A stretch of 64,000 nt of DNA from an uncultured Gammaproteobacteria bacterium (GTDB taxonomy: Bacteria > Patescibacteriota > Microgenomatia > Daviesbacterales > UBA10151): NCBI GenBank assembly GCA_964500725.1, contig CAZCNP010000004.1, positions 12,139 through 76,138 on the forward strand, given 5' to 3'. The notes under the pieces are model-generated. The model saw only the letters and a list, made by a program, of their open reading frames with translations. It was not told the origin of the DNA and ran no database searches. Of this stretch, positions 47,925 to 57,699 are shown one piece after another; position 1 is the stretch's first letter, and each line of letters begins with the position of its first letter. Made by a program: the position numbers and the translations under genes.

Positions 47925-48274
47925 AGTTGCTCCAACCCTAATACTAATTTCACTGCTTCTTCCACTTCTTGCAGCTTACTTTTGGAGATCTGCCCAATCT
48001 TTTTAATTAAACGATCCTGATCAATACTTCTAATAAGTACTGGCACTAAAACAGAGTGCTCATCAAAACCTCTTGGTTTGCCTAAATCTATGATCTCGGA
48101 AGTATAAGAAACAGGCACTATTGAACTACTCGGTATAACAATTACATGATATGTACCTTGATTAACGCTGTTATCCGAAATTATTAGAGCAGGTCGTTTT
48201 TTATGAATTTCCCTACCAAATGCAGGCTCTAAATTAACTACCCAAAATTCCCCTCTTGTAATTAGTTTGGCCAT
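47921..48274 (-). CDS. mazF: MazF/PemK-family endoribonuclease toxin
   Basis: The segment RGEFWVVNLEPAFGREIHKKRPALIIS is MazF/PemK-like. Confidence 0.8.
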   Translation of the reverse strand: MAKLITRGEFWVVNLEPAFGREIHKKRPALIISDNSVNQGTYHVIVIPSSSIVPVSYTSEIIDLGKPRGFDEHSVLVPVLIRSIDQDRLIKKIGQISKSKLQEVEEAVKLVLGLEQL

Positions 48275-48492
48275 CCTTCAATCTCAGTAGCTTTCCACTC
48301 TTCAGCAATTTTTTTATAAAAGTCTCTATTAATTTTTAAACTTTTAATAAGCTCTTTTTTAAGATTTCTCTTGGGTAACTTTTCTCTAACAGCATTTGCT
48401 ATAAACTTGCTTCTTTTTTTAGCAGGAATAGCCCTTTTCAGGTCTCTAGCCAATTCATATGGTAAAGTAATATTTAATCTTTGAGCTTGCAT
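48262..48492 (-). CDS. antitoxin (RHH/MazE-like) of the MazF pair
   Basis: A 76-aa protein whose N-terminus NITLPYELARDLKRAIP looks RHH-like. It overlaps the mazF start. Confidence 0.5.
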   Translation of the reverse strand: MQAQRLNITLPYELARDLKRAIPAKKRSKFIANAVREKLPKRNLKKELIKSLKINRDFYKKIAEEWKATEIEGWPN

Positions 48493-48528
48493 AATTCACC
48501 CTCCTTAATACACACTAATTATACACAC

Positions 48529-49524
48529 TTATTTAAAGTAGTCAAGTTTCATGGCCTTTTTAACTTCAGCCAAAGTCTTTTGGGCTTCTGCCCGGGCTTT
48601 GTCAGTTCCCTCTTTTAATATCTTTTCTACCAATTCTGGCTGGGTTTCATATTCAGCTCTCTTTTTTCTAATTGGATCCAAGAAATTATTTAAAACTTGG
48701 ACTAGATATTTTTTTACCTCAATATCCCCTACTTGGCCCCTTGAGTAAAGTAGTTTGTAGTTCGTAGTTTGTAGTTGGTCGCTCTCAGACCCAAAAGCAT
48801 CAAGATATATAAAAACAGGGTTTCCCTCTACATGTCCTGGGTCTGTAGCTTTTATTCTAGTAGGGTCTGTATACATACTCATCACTTTTTTTTCTACTTC
48901 CTCAGTTGAATCAGTTAAAAAAATGGCATTATTTAAAGATTTTCCCATTTTAGCTTGGCCATCTATACCTGGTAAAGTTGGCACCTCCCCTATCAAAGGT
49001 TCAGGGATAGGAAAAACTTCTCCATAAGTGCTATTAAACTTAATGGCAATATCCCTAGCATATTCCACATGAGCTTTTTGGTCTTTTCCTACAGGCACTA
49101 GATTAGCCCGAGGAAGCAAAATATCTGCAGCCATTAAAACTGGGTAATAAAATAAACCCACAGTATCTTCAGACCCTTGGTCTAATTTTTCCTTTAAAGC
49201 AGGCTGCCTGGCAATCAAAGCTCTAGGGGTTAAAACACTTAAAAAATAAGCCAGCTCTAACACTTCTGGAACTTGGGATTGGATAAAAAAGGTAACTTTA
49301 TTAGGATCTAACCCCACAGATAAATACCCTAACATCAATCCTTTAATATTTTCTTCCAGCTGATCTGCTTTATTAAAATGAGTAGTCAGAGCATGGAGAT
49401 CTACCAAGGGTATAAACATTTCATACTCATCTTGCAGTTTAACCCTATTTTTTAAAGAACCAATGTAATTACCCAGATGAAAACTATCATTGGTAGGCCT
49501 ATCCCCTGTTAAAATCCGTTTCAT
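48529..49524 (-). CDS. trpS: tryptophan--tRNA ligase
   Basis: A class I HIGH-like signature TGDRPTNDSFHLGNYIG is present, with the KMGKS-like KMGKSLNNA. It contains an in-frame heptamer-repeat insertion. Confidence 0.95.
   Translation of the reverse strand: MKRILTGDRPTNDSFHLGNYIGSLKNRVKLQDEYEMFIPLVDLHALTTHFNKADQLEENIKGLMLGYLSVGLDPNKVTFFIQSQVPEVLELAYFLSVLTPRALIARQPALKEKLDQGSEDTVGLFYYPVLMAADILLPRANLVPVGKDQKAHVEYARDIAIKFNSTYGEVFPIPEPLIGEVPTLPGIDGQAKMGKSLNNAIFLTDSTEEVEKKVMSMYTDPTRIKATDPGHVEGNPVFIYLDAFGSESDQLQTTNYKLLYSRGQVGDIEVKKYLVQVLNNFLDPIRKKRAEYETQPELVEKILKEGTDKARAEAQKTLAEVKKAMKLDYFK
48749..48780. repeat. tandem heptamer repeat (AGTTNGT)x4 inside trpS, in frame
   Basis: The sequence is agtagtttgtagttcgtagtttgtagttggtc. 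A 23-mer is identical to GT4 gene positions 34216-34238. It encodes the segment ...QLQTTNYKLLYS.... Confidence 0.8.
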
Positions 49525-49970
49525 GATTTATTTCCTTTTACCATATCTTCTTTAATTAGCTCTTCGGCAAGCTTCAACCCTTGTTTGGTATAAAAACCAT
49601 CATAGGTAAATACACCATCAGCTTTAATTTTTTTAGCAACAACTGCTACTGAACAATCAATTAGCGTATTTTTCTTGCTTCCCTTAGGATTAAATAGCGC
49701 AGCTGAGTTCTTTAAAATACCCTCATCAACAATATGAACTAACAATTGGTCATTTTTAATCATCTCAATAAGCTGAGTAGTTACCGCAGGTGACGGTAAC
49801 ACACGTTGAAATAGTGATATTATTTCAAAAAGTACTGAAGTGGGATAAATAAGCTTAAAACTTTGGGCAATTAATTGCTCAAATGTCCTGGTTGCTTTAG
49901 GATTTAGTGGATCGTTAGGATTATATAAAGCAAAAATAGCATCTGAGTCAACTACCACAGCTTTAACCAT
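49521..49970 (-). CDS. PIN-domain toxin (VapC-like)
   Basis: The N-terminal acidic-residue context VVVDSDAIFAL is followed by a second conserved D context. It lies downstream of a Phd-type antitoxin gene. Confidence 0.65.
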   Translation of the reverse strand: MVKAVVVDSDAIFALYNPNDPLNPKATRTFEQLIAQSFKLIYPTSVLFEIISLFQRVLPSPAVTTQLIEMIKNDQLLVHIVDEGILKNSAALFNPKGSKKNTLIDCSVAVVAKKIKADGVFTYDGFYTKQGLKLAEELIKEDMVKGNKS

Positions 49971-50238
49971 ATAATATACTGTCTGCCCTTTCGCGCAAAT
50001 CAGATGGTAAACTTTTCAACTGCTCTCTGCTGTCACTTGCTAATTTAAGCATATCTAAAGAAGCCTGCAAAGCCTTAGTTTGCTTCAGTTTCTCTAAATC
50101 CTCGAGGCTAATAATTGCGGCTTGAGGCTTATTGTTAGTAGTTAAAACTACTGCATGTTTTTTGGTCTTAACAGCTTCAATGATAGATTTATAAGACTTC
50201 TGCAGATTTCTGGCTGGCATAGTATGGGTATTTAACAT
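49963..50238 (-). CDS. Phd/YefM-type antitoxin
   Basis: A 91-aa protein with a Phd-like N-terminus. It overlaps the downstream PIN gene. Confidence 0.6.
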   Translation of the reverse strand: MLNTHTMPARNLQKSYKSIIEAVKTKKHAVVLTTNNKPQAAIISLEDLEKLKQTKALQASLDMLKLASDSREQLKSLPSDLRERADSILYG

Positions 50239-50265
50239 AGTAACATGCTACCAAATATGATATCA

Positions 50266-50295
50266 TTTGTCAATATCAATAAGCAATATCATTCA
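50266..50295. promoter_or_regulatory. putative promoter/operator of the Phd-PIN operon (copy 1)
   Basis: The sequence tttgtcaatatcaataagcaatatcattca contains the direct repeat CAATATCA twice. It is 29/30 identical to 50999-51028, upstream of the second Phd-PIN operon. Confidence 0.5.
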
Positions 50296-50326
50296 TTTGT
50301 AAGCCTATCCCCTGTAAGAATTCTTT

Positions 50327-50710
50327 TCACGCTAATTTTAACCCTTGTATCCTTTTAAAATGATTCATATTCCTAGTTAGTAATGTTAGATTATTTTCCA
50401 GAGCAACTGAGGCAATCAAAAGGTCAAAATCTTCCAGTCGTTTCCCATCCTTTTCCAACTCAGCTTTGATTTTACCAAATTCTATCATAATCTCATCATT
50501 TAGATTTAACATACCAAGATTAAGTATATTCAAAGTATATTTTAACAGTTCATAGGATTTTGTTGGATTATCTGATTTATAAACACCATATAATAATTCC
50601 CCCAAAGTAATAATACTAATTGCTGCTCCTTTTTCTAGGATATCTTTATCAAGGAATTTTTTCTTTCTTAAATGATCAACTAGAATATCTGTATCAAGTA
50701 AGTATTTCAT
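50327..50710 (-). CDS. vapC: PIN-domain toxin VapC
   Basis: The N-terminus reads KYLLDTDILVDHL and a C-terminal LLTRNMNHF motif is present. Confidence 0.8.
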   Translation of the reverse strand: MKYLLDTDILVDHLRKKKFLDKDILEKGAAISIITLGELLYGVYKSDNPTKSYELLKYTLNILNLGMLNLNDEIMIEFGKIKAELEKDGKRLEDFDLLIASVALENNLTLLTRNMNHFKRIQGLKLA

Positions 50711-50968
50711 CTACAAAAGAGGTGGGATCTTTCTCCTACGGGAATGACGGAACTTGGTAACATCAGGAAAATCAGGTAAAATCCCAAAAGTGGCATCAAG
50801 CGCCTTTTTAATATCCATTTTACCCGTCTTTGGCTTTTTAACAGGCACAATCTCGGCAATAGGTTTACCATGTTTTTCTATTATAGTGACTGTTTCATTA
50901 TAGTAGACTGAATTTAACACTGCAGAAAGTTTATTTTTCAGTTCAGTAGCGGAAATTGTGTTAATCAT
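50711..50968 (-). CDS. Phd/YefM-type antitoxin
   Basis: An 85-aa protein that directly abuts the PIN gene. The N-terminus ISATELKNKLSAVL is Phd-like. Confidence 0.6.
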   Translation of the reverse strand: MINTISATELKNKLSAVLNSVYYNETVTIIEKHGKPIAEIVPVKKPKTGKMDIKKALDATFGILPDFPDVTKFRHSRRRKIPPLL

Positions 50969-50998
50969 AATATATACATTTTAGCCAAAATGGCCATT

Positions 50999-51028
50999 TT
51001 TGTCAATATCAGTAAGCAATATCATTCA
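50999..51028. promoter_or_regulatory. putative promoter/operator of the Phd-PIN operon (copy 2)
   Basis: The sequence tttgtcaatatcagtaagcaatatcattca is a near-identical copy of 50266-50295. Confidence 0.5.
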
Positions 51029-51098
51029 GAACCAATATAATAGCTAAAAGATATCGCCTGGGGATAAAAATACGAGGTTTCAATACTCTCTTAAATTA

Positions 51099-51584
51099 TC
51101 AGATTACACTGTCAATTTTTATACCTATGTTAGGCGGAGTTTCAGGACAGGCTAGCCTACAGGGTAAACCTAATCTTCTTCCTATTTCGGTTTTTATTTC
51201 TTGAAGGCGTATATTAAAAAAGCTGCCAGCGAAGATCACTTCCCGATCTCGCTCCTCCCTGCTTATAGGAGAAACTGCGCATTCTTGTAGGACCACTCCA
51301 CCGCCGATAACATGGCTCGGTGTAAGAGCTTCAACCTCTCTCACAGGGTATGTATTAGCTTCGAACTGTCCTGTCTCTGGATTAATATCTAAGGCTTGAA
51401 AAAAATCACCCTCTTGTGAGACTACTAGGGTCGACCGTACGCCAGCAAGCCTACCAGCTAAGAATTGATAAACTCTAAAGGGCCTCCCTGAATCTATACC
51501 CTGTCTTAACATTACTGACTCGAGCTCTTGTCTATTCAGAACTTGAGTTACCCTAGGTCTTTCATTTACTAATCTATCTACCAT
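51099..51584 (-). CDS. hypothetical protein in a GC-rich islet
   Basis: A 161-aa ORF with markedly higher GC than the surroundings. No motif was recognised. Confidence 0.4.
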   Translation of the reverse strand: MVDRLVNERPRVTQVLNRQELESVMLRQGIDSGRPFRVYQFLAGRLAGVRSTLVVSQEGDFFQALDINPETGQFEANTYPVREVEALTPSHVIGGGVVLQECAVSPISREERDREVIFAGSFFNIRLQEIKTEIGRRLGLPCRLACPETPPNIGIKIDSVI

Positions 51585-51861
51585 AATATTCTCCTTAAAT
51601 TGTCATTTAGACAACTTAACCCACAAAAAAACCGCTCCTATTTTTGAAGCGGCTTGAGTAGAAAAATTCCTTTTTTCAAGGTTTTCCTCATTCAAACCAC
51701 TCTTCAGTAATGAAGAGGTGCCTAAGTAATTTAAAGCTGTAAACAAATATATTCATATTTACTTTAACAATAATCATATCGTTAAAAGCTTATCAATACT
51801 AATATTATGCTATAGGTTCTACCCAAAGTCAAGTGGTTGTGGTATATTTAGGCCTCAAATT

Positions 51862-52866
51862 ATGCTGGCTGTTTTAAAAGAAAAAAAAGCTCCTGGTGTA
51901 ACAATTACTGATGTACCTATTCCTGAGCCCCAAAAAGATGAAGTGCTGGTTAAAATTATCTATGCTTCAATTTGTGGAACAGATATAGGGATCTATGACT
52001 GGATTCCTTGGGCTGCAGCCCATATTAAGCCTCCAACCATAATTGGCCATGAAATAGTAGGAAAAGTCGTTCAAGTAAATAGCAACACCAAAACAGACCT
52101 TAAAGCAGGAGACCTTGTTTCTTCAGAAACTCATATTTTTTGTTTAAATTGTTATCAATGTATGATTAAAAACTATCATATCTGCGAGAATATGAACCTG
52201 TTTGGCATTGGCAGGGAGGGTGGTTTTGCCCAATATGCCACTATCCCCTTGCGAACTACCTGGAAAAATGATCCCAAAATCCCAGTTGAGTTTATGAGTG
52301 TACAAGAGCCTTTAGGCAATGCTGTTCATTGTGTTACCAAAGCAGGAGTAAAGAACAAAAAAGTCTTAGTAATGGGTTTAGGACCAGTTGGACTTTGCGC
52401 TGGAGCAGTTAGCAAAGCTATGGGAGCCAAAGAGGTAGTTGGAATAAATGATGAGCCTTACAGAAGAAAAATTGCCAAGAAAATGGGTTTTGACAGAATT
52501 TTAGGCAAGCTGCCAGAAAAAGAGTATGGTAGTTTTGATGTAGTTTTGGAAATGAGTGGCAATAGATTAGGTATAGATGTGGCCTTTGATGCAGCCAGAA
52601 TTGGGGGTAAATTTGTGGCCTTTGGGATCCCTAAAGAATCAGTCACTATTGATTGGGGCAAATATATGATCAACAAAGAGCTAACTATTTTATCTGTATT
52701 TGGCAGAAGGCTGTGGGAAACTTGGAGACAAACCAGCCAACTTTTAAAGTCAAATAAAATAAATCTTGCTCCCCTAATTACCCACAAATTTGCTTTAAAA
52801 GATTTTGAAAAAGCTATGGCCCTTATGAAAAGTAGAAGGTGTGGTAAAATCCTGCTCAAACCGTAG
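51862..52866 (+). CDS. tdh: L-threonine 3-dehydrogenase (zinc-dependent MDR family)
   Basis: The zinc site CGTD appears as [13 protein letters not shown], with GHE further on. It is followed by kbl, the classic tdh-kbl pairing. Confidence 0.8.
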   Translation: MLAVLKEKKAPGVTITDVPIPEPQKDEVLVKIIYASICGTDIGIYDWIPWAAAHIKPPTIIGHEIVGKVVQVNSNTKTDLKAGDLVSSETHIFCLNCYQCMIKNYHICENMNLFGIGREGGFAQYATIPLRTTWKNDPKIPVEFMSVQEPLGNAVHCVTKAGVKNKKVLVMGLGPVGLCAGAVSKAMGAKEVVGINDEPYRRKIAKKMGFDRILGKLPEKEYGSFDVVLEMSGNRLGIDVAFDAARIGGKFVAFGIPKESVTIDWGKYMINKELTILSVFGRRLWETWRQTSQLLKSNKINLAPLITHKFALKDFEKAMALMKSRRCGKILLKP

Positions 52867-52868
52867 TT

Positions 52869-54056
52869 ATGACAGATTTCTATAAAAATCTAACAAACTC
52901 ACTGTCTAATAAAAAGCCTTTTGTAATCTCTTCAGGAGAAGGAGCGTATTTGACTATTGATGGTAAAAAAAGGCTGAATTTTTGTTCTAGTCACTACTTA
53001 GGTTTGGCTGTAGCAAACAGAATCAAAAAAGCCATTGTAAAAGCAGTAGATAAATATGGGGTAGGTACTGGCTACCGGACATTGGCAGGCAACCATATTT
53101 TGCACCTGCAACTAGAAGAGGCTTTGGCTAAATTCAAAAAAGCAGAAGCAGCAATTATTTTAACAGGAGGTTATATGGCCAACTGCGCTGCCATCCAAAC
53201 TATCATAGGCAAAGAAGATATTGTGATCTCTGATGAGTTAAATCATGCCTCCATTATTGATGCTGTAAGACTTTCCCAGGTTAAAAATAAGCTGATTTAT
53301 AAGCATAAAGATACGGGTGAGCTGGAAGAGAGACTCAAAGAAGCCATCAAACTACAAAAAACCCTTAAAGGAAATGGTGAAAAACCAGTGATTTTAATTG
53401 TGACTGATGGAGTTTTTTCGATGGATGGAGATTTAGCTCCCCTGCCAGAAATTGTGAAACTGGCTAAAAAATACCAAGCTTTAACCATGGTTGATGATGC
53501 GCACGGTGAAGGAGTTTTAGGCAAAGGCGGCAGGGGCATTGTTGATCACTATAGCCTGCATGGCCAAGTAGATATTGAAGTAGGCACTCTGTCTAAAGCA
53601 TTTAGTGTCATGGGTGGGTTTATTACTGGCCAAAAGGTATTGATTGATTATTATAAACAAAAAGCCAGGCAATTTTTATTCTCCAATGCTTTAACAATTC
53701 CGGATACTGCTGCTATTTTAGAAGGAGTGAAAATTTTATCAGCTTCAGATAAACTGGTTAAAACTTTATGGAGTAACACAAATTATCTAAAATCAGAGTT
53801 TAAAAAATTAGGCTTTGATATAGGAGAATCTCTTACTCCGATTACCCCAGTTATGCTGCCAAATGAAGATATTGCAAAAGAGTTTAGCTTAAAACTTTTT
53901 AATTTAGGAGTGCTAGCTACCCCTATTGTTTTCCCAATGGTAGCCAAAGATAAAGCCAGAATCAGAGTTATCCCTTCAGCAGCTCACACCAAATTAGATA
54001 TGGAATTTGGTATTAAGGCGTTTGAAAAAGTCGGCAAAGCTTTAAAAGTAATTTAA
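52869..54056 (+). CDS. kbl: 2-amino-3-ketobutyrate CoA ligase (glycine C-acetyltransferase)
   Basis: Conserved blocks read [37 protein letters not shown] and the PLP-lysine region GTLSKAF. These run in parallel with known Kbl proteins. Confidence 0.85.
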   Translation: MTDFYKNLTNSLSNKKPFVISSGEGAYLTIDGKKRLNFCSSHYLGLAVANRIKKAIVKAVDKYGVGTGYRTLAGNHILHLQLEEALAKFKKAEAAIILTGGYMANCAAIQTIIGKEDIVISDELNHASIIDAVRLSQVKNKLIYKHKDTGELEERLKEAIKLQKTLKGNGEKPVILIVTDGVFSMDGDLAPLPEIVKLAKKYQALTMVDDAHGEGVLGKGGRGIVDHYSLHGQVDIEVGTLSKAFSVMGGFITGQKVLIDYYKQKARQFLFSNALTIPDTAAILEGVKILSASDKLVKTLWSNTNYLKSEFKKLGFDIGESLTPITPVMLPNEDIAKEFSLKLFNLGVLATPIVFPMVAKDKARIRVIPSAAHTKLDMEFGIKAFEKVGKALKVI

Positions 54057-55342
54057 ATCTTTTTTCTAAACTGCTCGTAGCTTGTTAAAACTGGAGTATG
54101 TTCTGAAGTTTGATATTCCTGCTTAACTAAAATCTTGGTATCATCTTTTATGTCTTGATGCAACACTACCCCAGGGCCTACTAAAGAATTTGATCCCACT
54201 CTAACGCCTGGCATAGTGGAAGCATTTACTCCAATCCTGGCTCCCCTGCCAGCTATTAAGCCTAATTTATTCCTGCCTGTATCAATTTTTTGTTCAGCAA
54301 CTTTTATTGTTTGGTTATCTAACCTTAAATTTGCCAGCACAGCTCCGGAGCCCATCCCAAAATCCCCTTCTATAACCGAATCACCAATATAGTTGGTGTG
54401 AAACCAGCAATTTGCTCCAATATAGCTCCTAGTAATATCAGAGTTAAAACCAGTTACACAGCCTGCTTCTAAATCAACTTCTCTGATCATTGAGTTATTG
54501 CCCACAATACAATTTTTTCCAATATATGCAGGCCCTTTTATAGCTGCTCCTTCAAAAACCTTTGCCCCCTCCTCTATGATTACTTTACCCTCTATAATAG
54601 CTTTACTGGACACCTTAGCCCCTGGGGATATTTCTTGCTCAACCTGGGATAAAAAGTAAGTTGTAATATCTAAAATATGCCAGGGATATTTTAGAGGAAG
54701 CCATACCCCGCTATACTTGGCAAATCTGACTTTCAACCCATCTTGAATCATTTGATCCAAGGCCACCTCATACACATCATCTTTGCTGCTTTTAGCTTTT
54801 TGTAAATAATTTATAAGCTGTTGGCCATCTTTAAAGTAGTCAACCACTAATTTAACTAAATCTGAGGGCTCATTTCCTTCCCCTGGCTTTTCTACTATAC
54901 CCTCTACCCTATCCCCTAAACCCTTTTTTATATACCCTCCGGGAAAATACTTTTTAACTTGTAATCCTGTCAGGACTATATCTGCCTCTTGAACATTTAC
55001 AACTCCCTCAAATATTTTAGGCTCTATGACATCTTCCGCATTTATTATTACAAGTTCTCCGTCTAGCAAATCTTTGGCAGACAGTATTGCATCAGACATA
55101 CCTGTAGGCTCATTTTGCAGTCTAATCTGAAACTTCAGATTCAAGCTTTGAGCAATCTCGGCAATTGCCCCTTTGCTGCTTTCTTTGGTCACAATAATAA
55201 ATTGGTCAAAATTAGCTATTTGAGAGAGATGTTTTAAGTTGTGGTAAATCAGAGGTTGTCCTAAAAATGGCAGCAGGTATTTTTCTTCAACAATAGGCCA
55301 CATTCTCTTACCCTCCCCTGCTGCCAAAACCAAAATTTGCAT
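54053..55342 (-). CDS. sugar-phosphate nucleotidyltransferase with a C-terminal left-handed beta-helix (GlmU-like two-domain protein)
   Basis: The N-terminal NTP-transferase motif [13 protein letters not shown] is present. The C-terminal half has hexapeptide repeats. Confidence 0.7.
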   Translation of the reverse strand: MQILVLAAGEGKRMWPIVEEKYLLPFLGQPLIYHNLKHLSQIANFDQFIIVTKESSKGAIAEIAQSLNLKFQIRLQNEPTGMSDAILSAKDLLDGELVIINAEDVIEPKIFEGVVNVQEADIVLTGLQVKKYFPGGYIKKGLGDRVEGIVEKPGEGNEPSDLVKLVVDYFKDGQQLINYLQKAKSSKDDVYEVALDQMIQDGLKVRFAKYSGVWLPLKYPWHILDITTYFLSQVEQEISPGAKVSSKAIIEGKVIIEEGAKVFEGAAIKGPAYIGKNCIVGNNSMIREVDLEAGCVTGFNSDITRSYIGANCWFHTNYIGDSVIEGDFGMGSGAVLANLRLDNQTIKVAEQKIDTGRNKLGLIAGRGARIGVNASTMPGVRVGSNSLVGPGVVLHQDIKDDTKILVKQEYQTSEHTPVLTSYEQFRKKI

Positions 55343-55365
55343 ATAAATATTATATCAGGACTAAA

Positions 55366-57693
55366 TTATTTATTCTTTAGCTGACTGATTAAATATTCCC
55401 TAAATCCAGAGGGTCTGGAAAAAGCTATAACCTCTTTTATTCCTTTTTCTTTAGCGTACAAGAGGGCTTGTTCAATTAAAAGAATACTTGGTCTTTGGGT
55501 ATTGGAACGGATGATTTTGACGTTTTCTAAGCCTGGATATTTCATTAACACATTGTAACCCATGGAAGACTGATCCTGATCTCTGCCACCCTCTAATATC
55601 TTCCATACTATCGCCCCAGGCAGACCTCCCTTACTCTGACGATGAAAGTTTAAAACATGATCTAAATCTGAATTAACATACCATTCAATCTTTTCTTTAG
55701 CCAGCTGCGCTAACTTTTCTTTATCAATCCCATTAGTTTGCAGGTTTTGCTGCTCACCCTTTTTAGACAATCTAACAGAAATAGCCACACAAACCAGAGC
55801 ATCCCCATTTGGATCATTATTTTGTAAAGTACCACCATCTGTGGCTTGTTCCCAACTGGTTAAAGACTCCGCAATTTGGCTTTTTAGCCTGATACAAGAC
55901 AATGTTCCTACCAACCCTAATTTTTCTTCAAACACCCCTAGCAAAACTCCATTTTCAGCCCTACTGGCAAATTCAGATAAAGGAGCTTTCAAAGGAGCAA
56001 AACGCTCATTATTAATCTCTGTTGCAGTTTTTAAAATCTCAGTTTCTGTAGACAAAATCTGTCTAACAAAGTAGCGCTTCTCTTCCTGGCCTTCTTTTAA
56101 TAGCTTATCCACCTTTTTTTTAGTCTCAAACCTTTGGATTTTACCTGTAGAAGTCTTTGGTAAACTCTCAAAAACAAATACTTTTTTTGGCACCTCATAG
56201 GCAGAAATTCCTGTTATCTTACCCTCTTGTCCAGCCTCAATAATTTGTTTTACTAGAACTTGTCCATCAATTCCTTTTTTAGGAACAATTGCAGCACCTA
56301 CTTCCTCCCCCATTCTTACATCTTCAATCCCCACTACTGCCACCTCATCAATCCCAGGAAAATTTTTAAGCAAACTATCCTCAATTGCAGAGGGAGACAA
56401 ATTTACCCCACCCTTGATAATGATTTCTTTTATTCTACCAATCAAAAAGAAATACTTTTTTCCATCAATTATTTTAAAATATCCTAAATCCCCAGAATGA
56501 AACCAGCCTTTTTTAAATGCTTTGGCAGTTTCTTCAGGATTGTTTAAATAACCATCGGCCAAAACAGGACCGCTCATGCACACTTCTCCATGTTCCCCTT
56601 CCTTCTTTTCATTGTTATCTTGATCCATTACAGCTATTTCATCATTGGCAAGATGCACACCGATAGTATTTATCTTAACCATTTTTTGATAATCCTTTTC
56701 AGGCAAATCAACAGGCACACCAGCCACTCTTAAGGCAGTCTCTGTTTGACCATAGCCTTGAACTACCCTAATACCAAATGTTTTATAAAACCTTAAAGTT
56801 TCCTCAGGCAAAACTGGAGCTGAACCAATACAAATTCTTTTAAAAGAAGTTACATCCAGTTTTTCTGCTTTAAACTCATCATAGCGGGTTAATAAATCGT
56901 GTAAGATAGTAGGCACAATACTAGTATTGGTGGCCTTGTACTTTGCTGCTATCTGCCAAAATTTAGAAGCTGAGTAACGGGAATTTAGAATAATAGTCCC
57001 TCCTGCCAATAGTGTGGCCAAACAGAATTCAGTGGAGTTGATATGATGCAGAGGCAGCACAATATTAAACCTAGTATTCACATCCATCCTTTGCCAATCA
57101 ACAATACCTAAAGCATTTAAAAGACAAGCTTTAGTTGATAAAAGCACCCCTTTAGGCATGGCTGTTGTTCCTGAAGTATATAAAACAACATAATGAGTAT
57201 CTAAAGATTGATTATAATGATCTTCTGTAGTTTCTACAGGTAATAATTTCTCAAATTCTGCAAAATCAGACCAAGAAAAAATCTTAATAGGATAAATTTT
57301 TTCTATTTCTACCAGTTCTGCCTGCTTGTTGTCTTCTTCTAATTTAATAAAAAGGGCTTTAGAGCTTGTGTCCTTAAGTTTGAATACTTTTCTTTCTAAG
57401 GTATCTCTTTTTGAGTCCAAAGGCACAGTAGTTGCCCCAATTAAGGCACCAGCTAGTTCAAATAACAATACTTCTGGGGTATTGTTCATCAAAATTGCAT
57501 ACCTATCTCCTTTTTTAATACCTAAATTAGTTAAAAATGAAGCGGTTTGGGCTACCAATTTATATAATTTTTTATAGGAAATTATTTGCTCTTTATCAGA
57601 ATCAACAGAAGCAGCAATTATTGCCTGCTTGTCTGCAAACCTTTGAGCATGATTTTCCAGAAGTTGTCCAATTGATTGCAAATCATTTTGCAT
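55366..57693 (-). CDS. AMP-dependent synthetase/ligase (ANL superfamily) fused to a ~250-aa C-terminal domain (possibly GNAT-like acyltransferase)
   Basis: The AMP-binding motif YTSGTTAMPKGV and further ANL core motifs are present. A C-terminal extension of about 250 aa ends ...ILLIEQALLYAKEKGIKEVIAFSRP. Confidence 0.75.
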   Translation of the reverse strand: MQNDLQSIGQLLENHAQRFADKQAIIAASVDSDKEQIISYKKLYKLVAQTASFLTNLGIKKGDRYAILMNNTPEVLLFELAGALIGATTVPLDSKRDTLERKVFKLKDTSSKALFIKLEEDNKQAELVEIEKIYPIKIFSWSDFAEFEKLLPVETTEDHYNQSLDTHYVVLYTSGTTAMPKGVLLSTKACLLNALGIVDWQRMDVNTRFNIVLPLHHINSTEFCLATLLAGGTIILNSRYSASKFWQIAAKYKATNTSIVPTILHDLLTRYDEFKAEKLDVTSFKRICIGSAPVLPEETLRFYKTFGIRVVQGYGQTETALRVAGVPVDLPEKDYQKMVKINTIGVHLANDEIAVMDQDNNEKKEGEHGEVCMSGPVLADGYLNNPEETAKAFKKGWFHSGDLGYFKIIDGKKYFFLIGRIKEIIIKGGVNLSPSAIEDSLLKNFPGIDEVAVVGIEDVRMGEEVGAAIVPKKGIDGQVLVKQIIEAGQEGKITGISAYEVPKKVFVFESLPKTSTGKIQRFETKKKVDKLLKEGQEEKRYFVRQILSTETEILKTATEINNERFAPLKAPLSEFASRAENGVLLGVFEEKLGLVGTLSCIRLKSQIAESLTSWEQATDGGTLQNNDPNGDALVCVAISVRLSKKGEQQNLQTNGIDKEKLAQLAKEKIEWYVNSDLDHVLNFHRQSKGGLPGAIVWKILEGGRDQDQSSMGYNVLMKYPGLENVKIIRSNTQRPSILLIEQALLYAKEKGIKEVIAFSRPSGFREYLISQLKNK

Positions 57694-57699
57694 ATTAAG

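Noticed and set aside
51624-51654. Hairpin plus A/T tracts (ccgct...agcgg) as a defined terminator feature
   Set aside because: The stem is only 5 bp with an 11-nt loop, and there is no upstream minus-strand gene for it to terminate. I mention it in a finding but did not list it as a feature.
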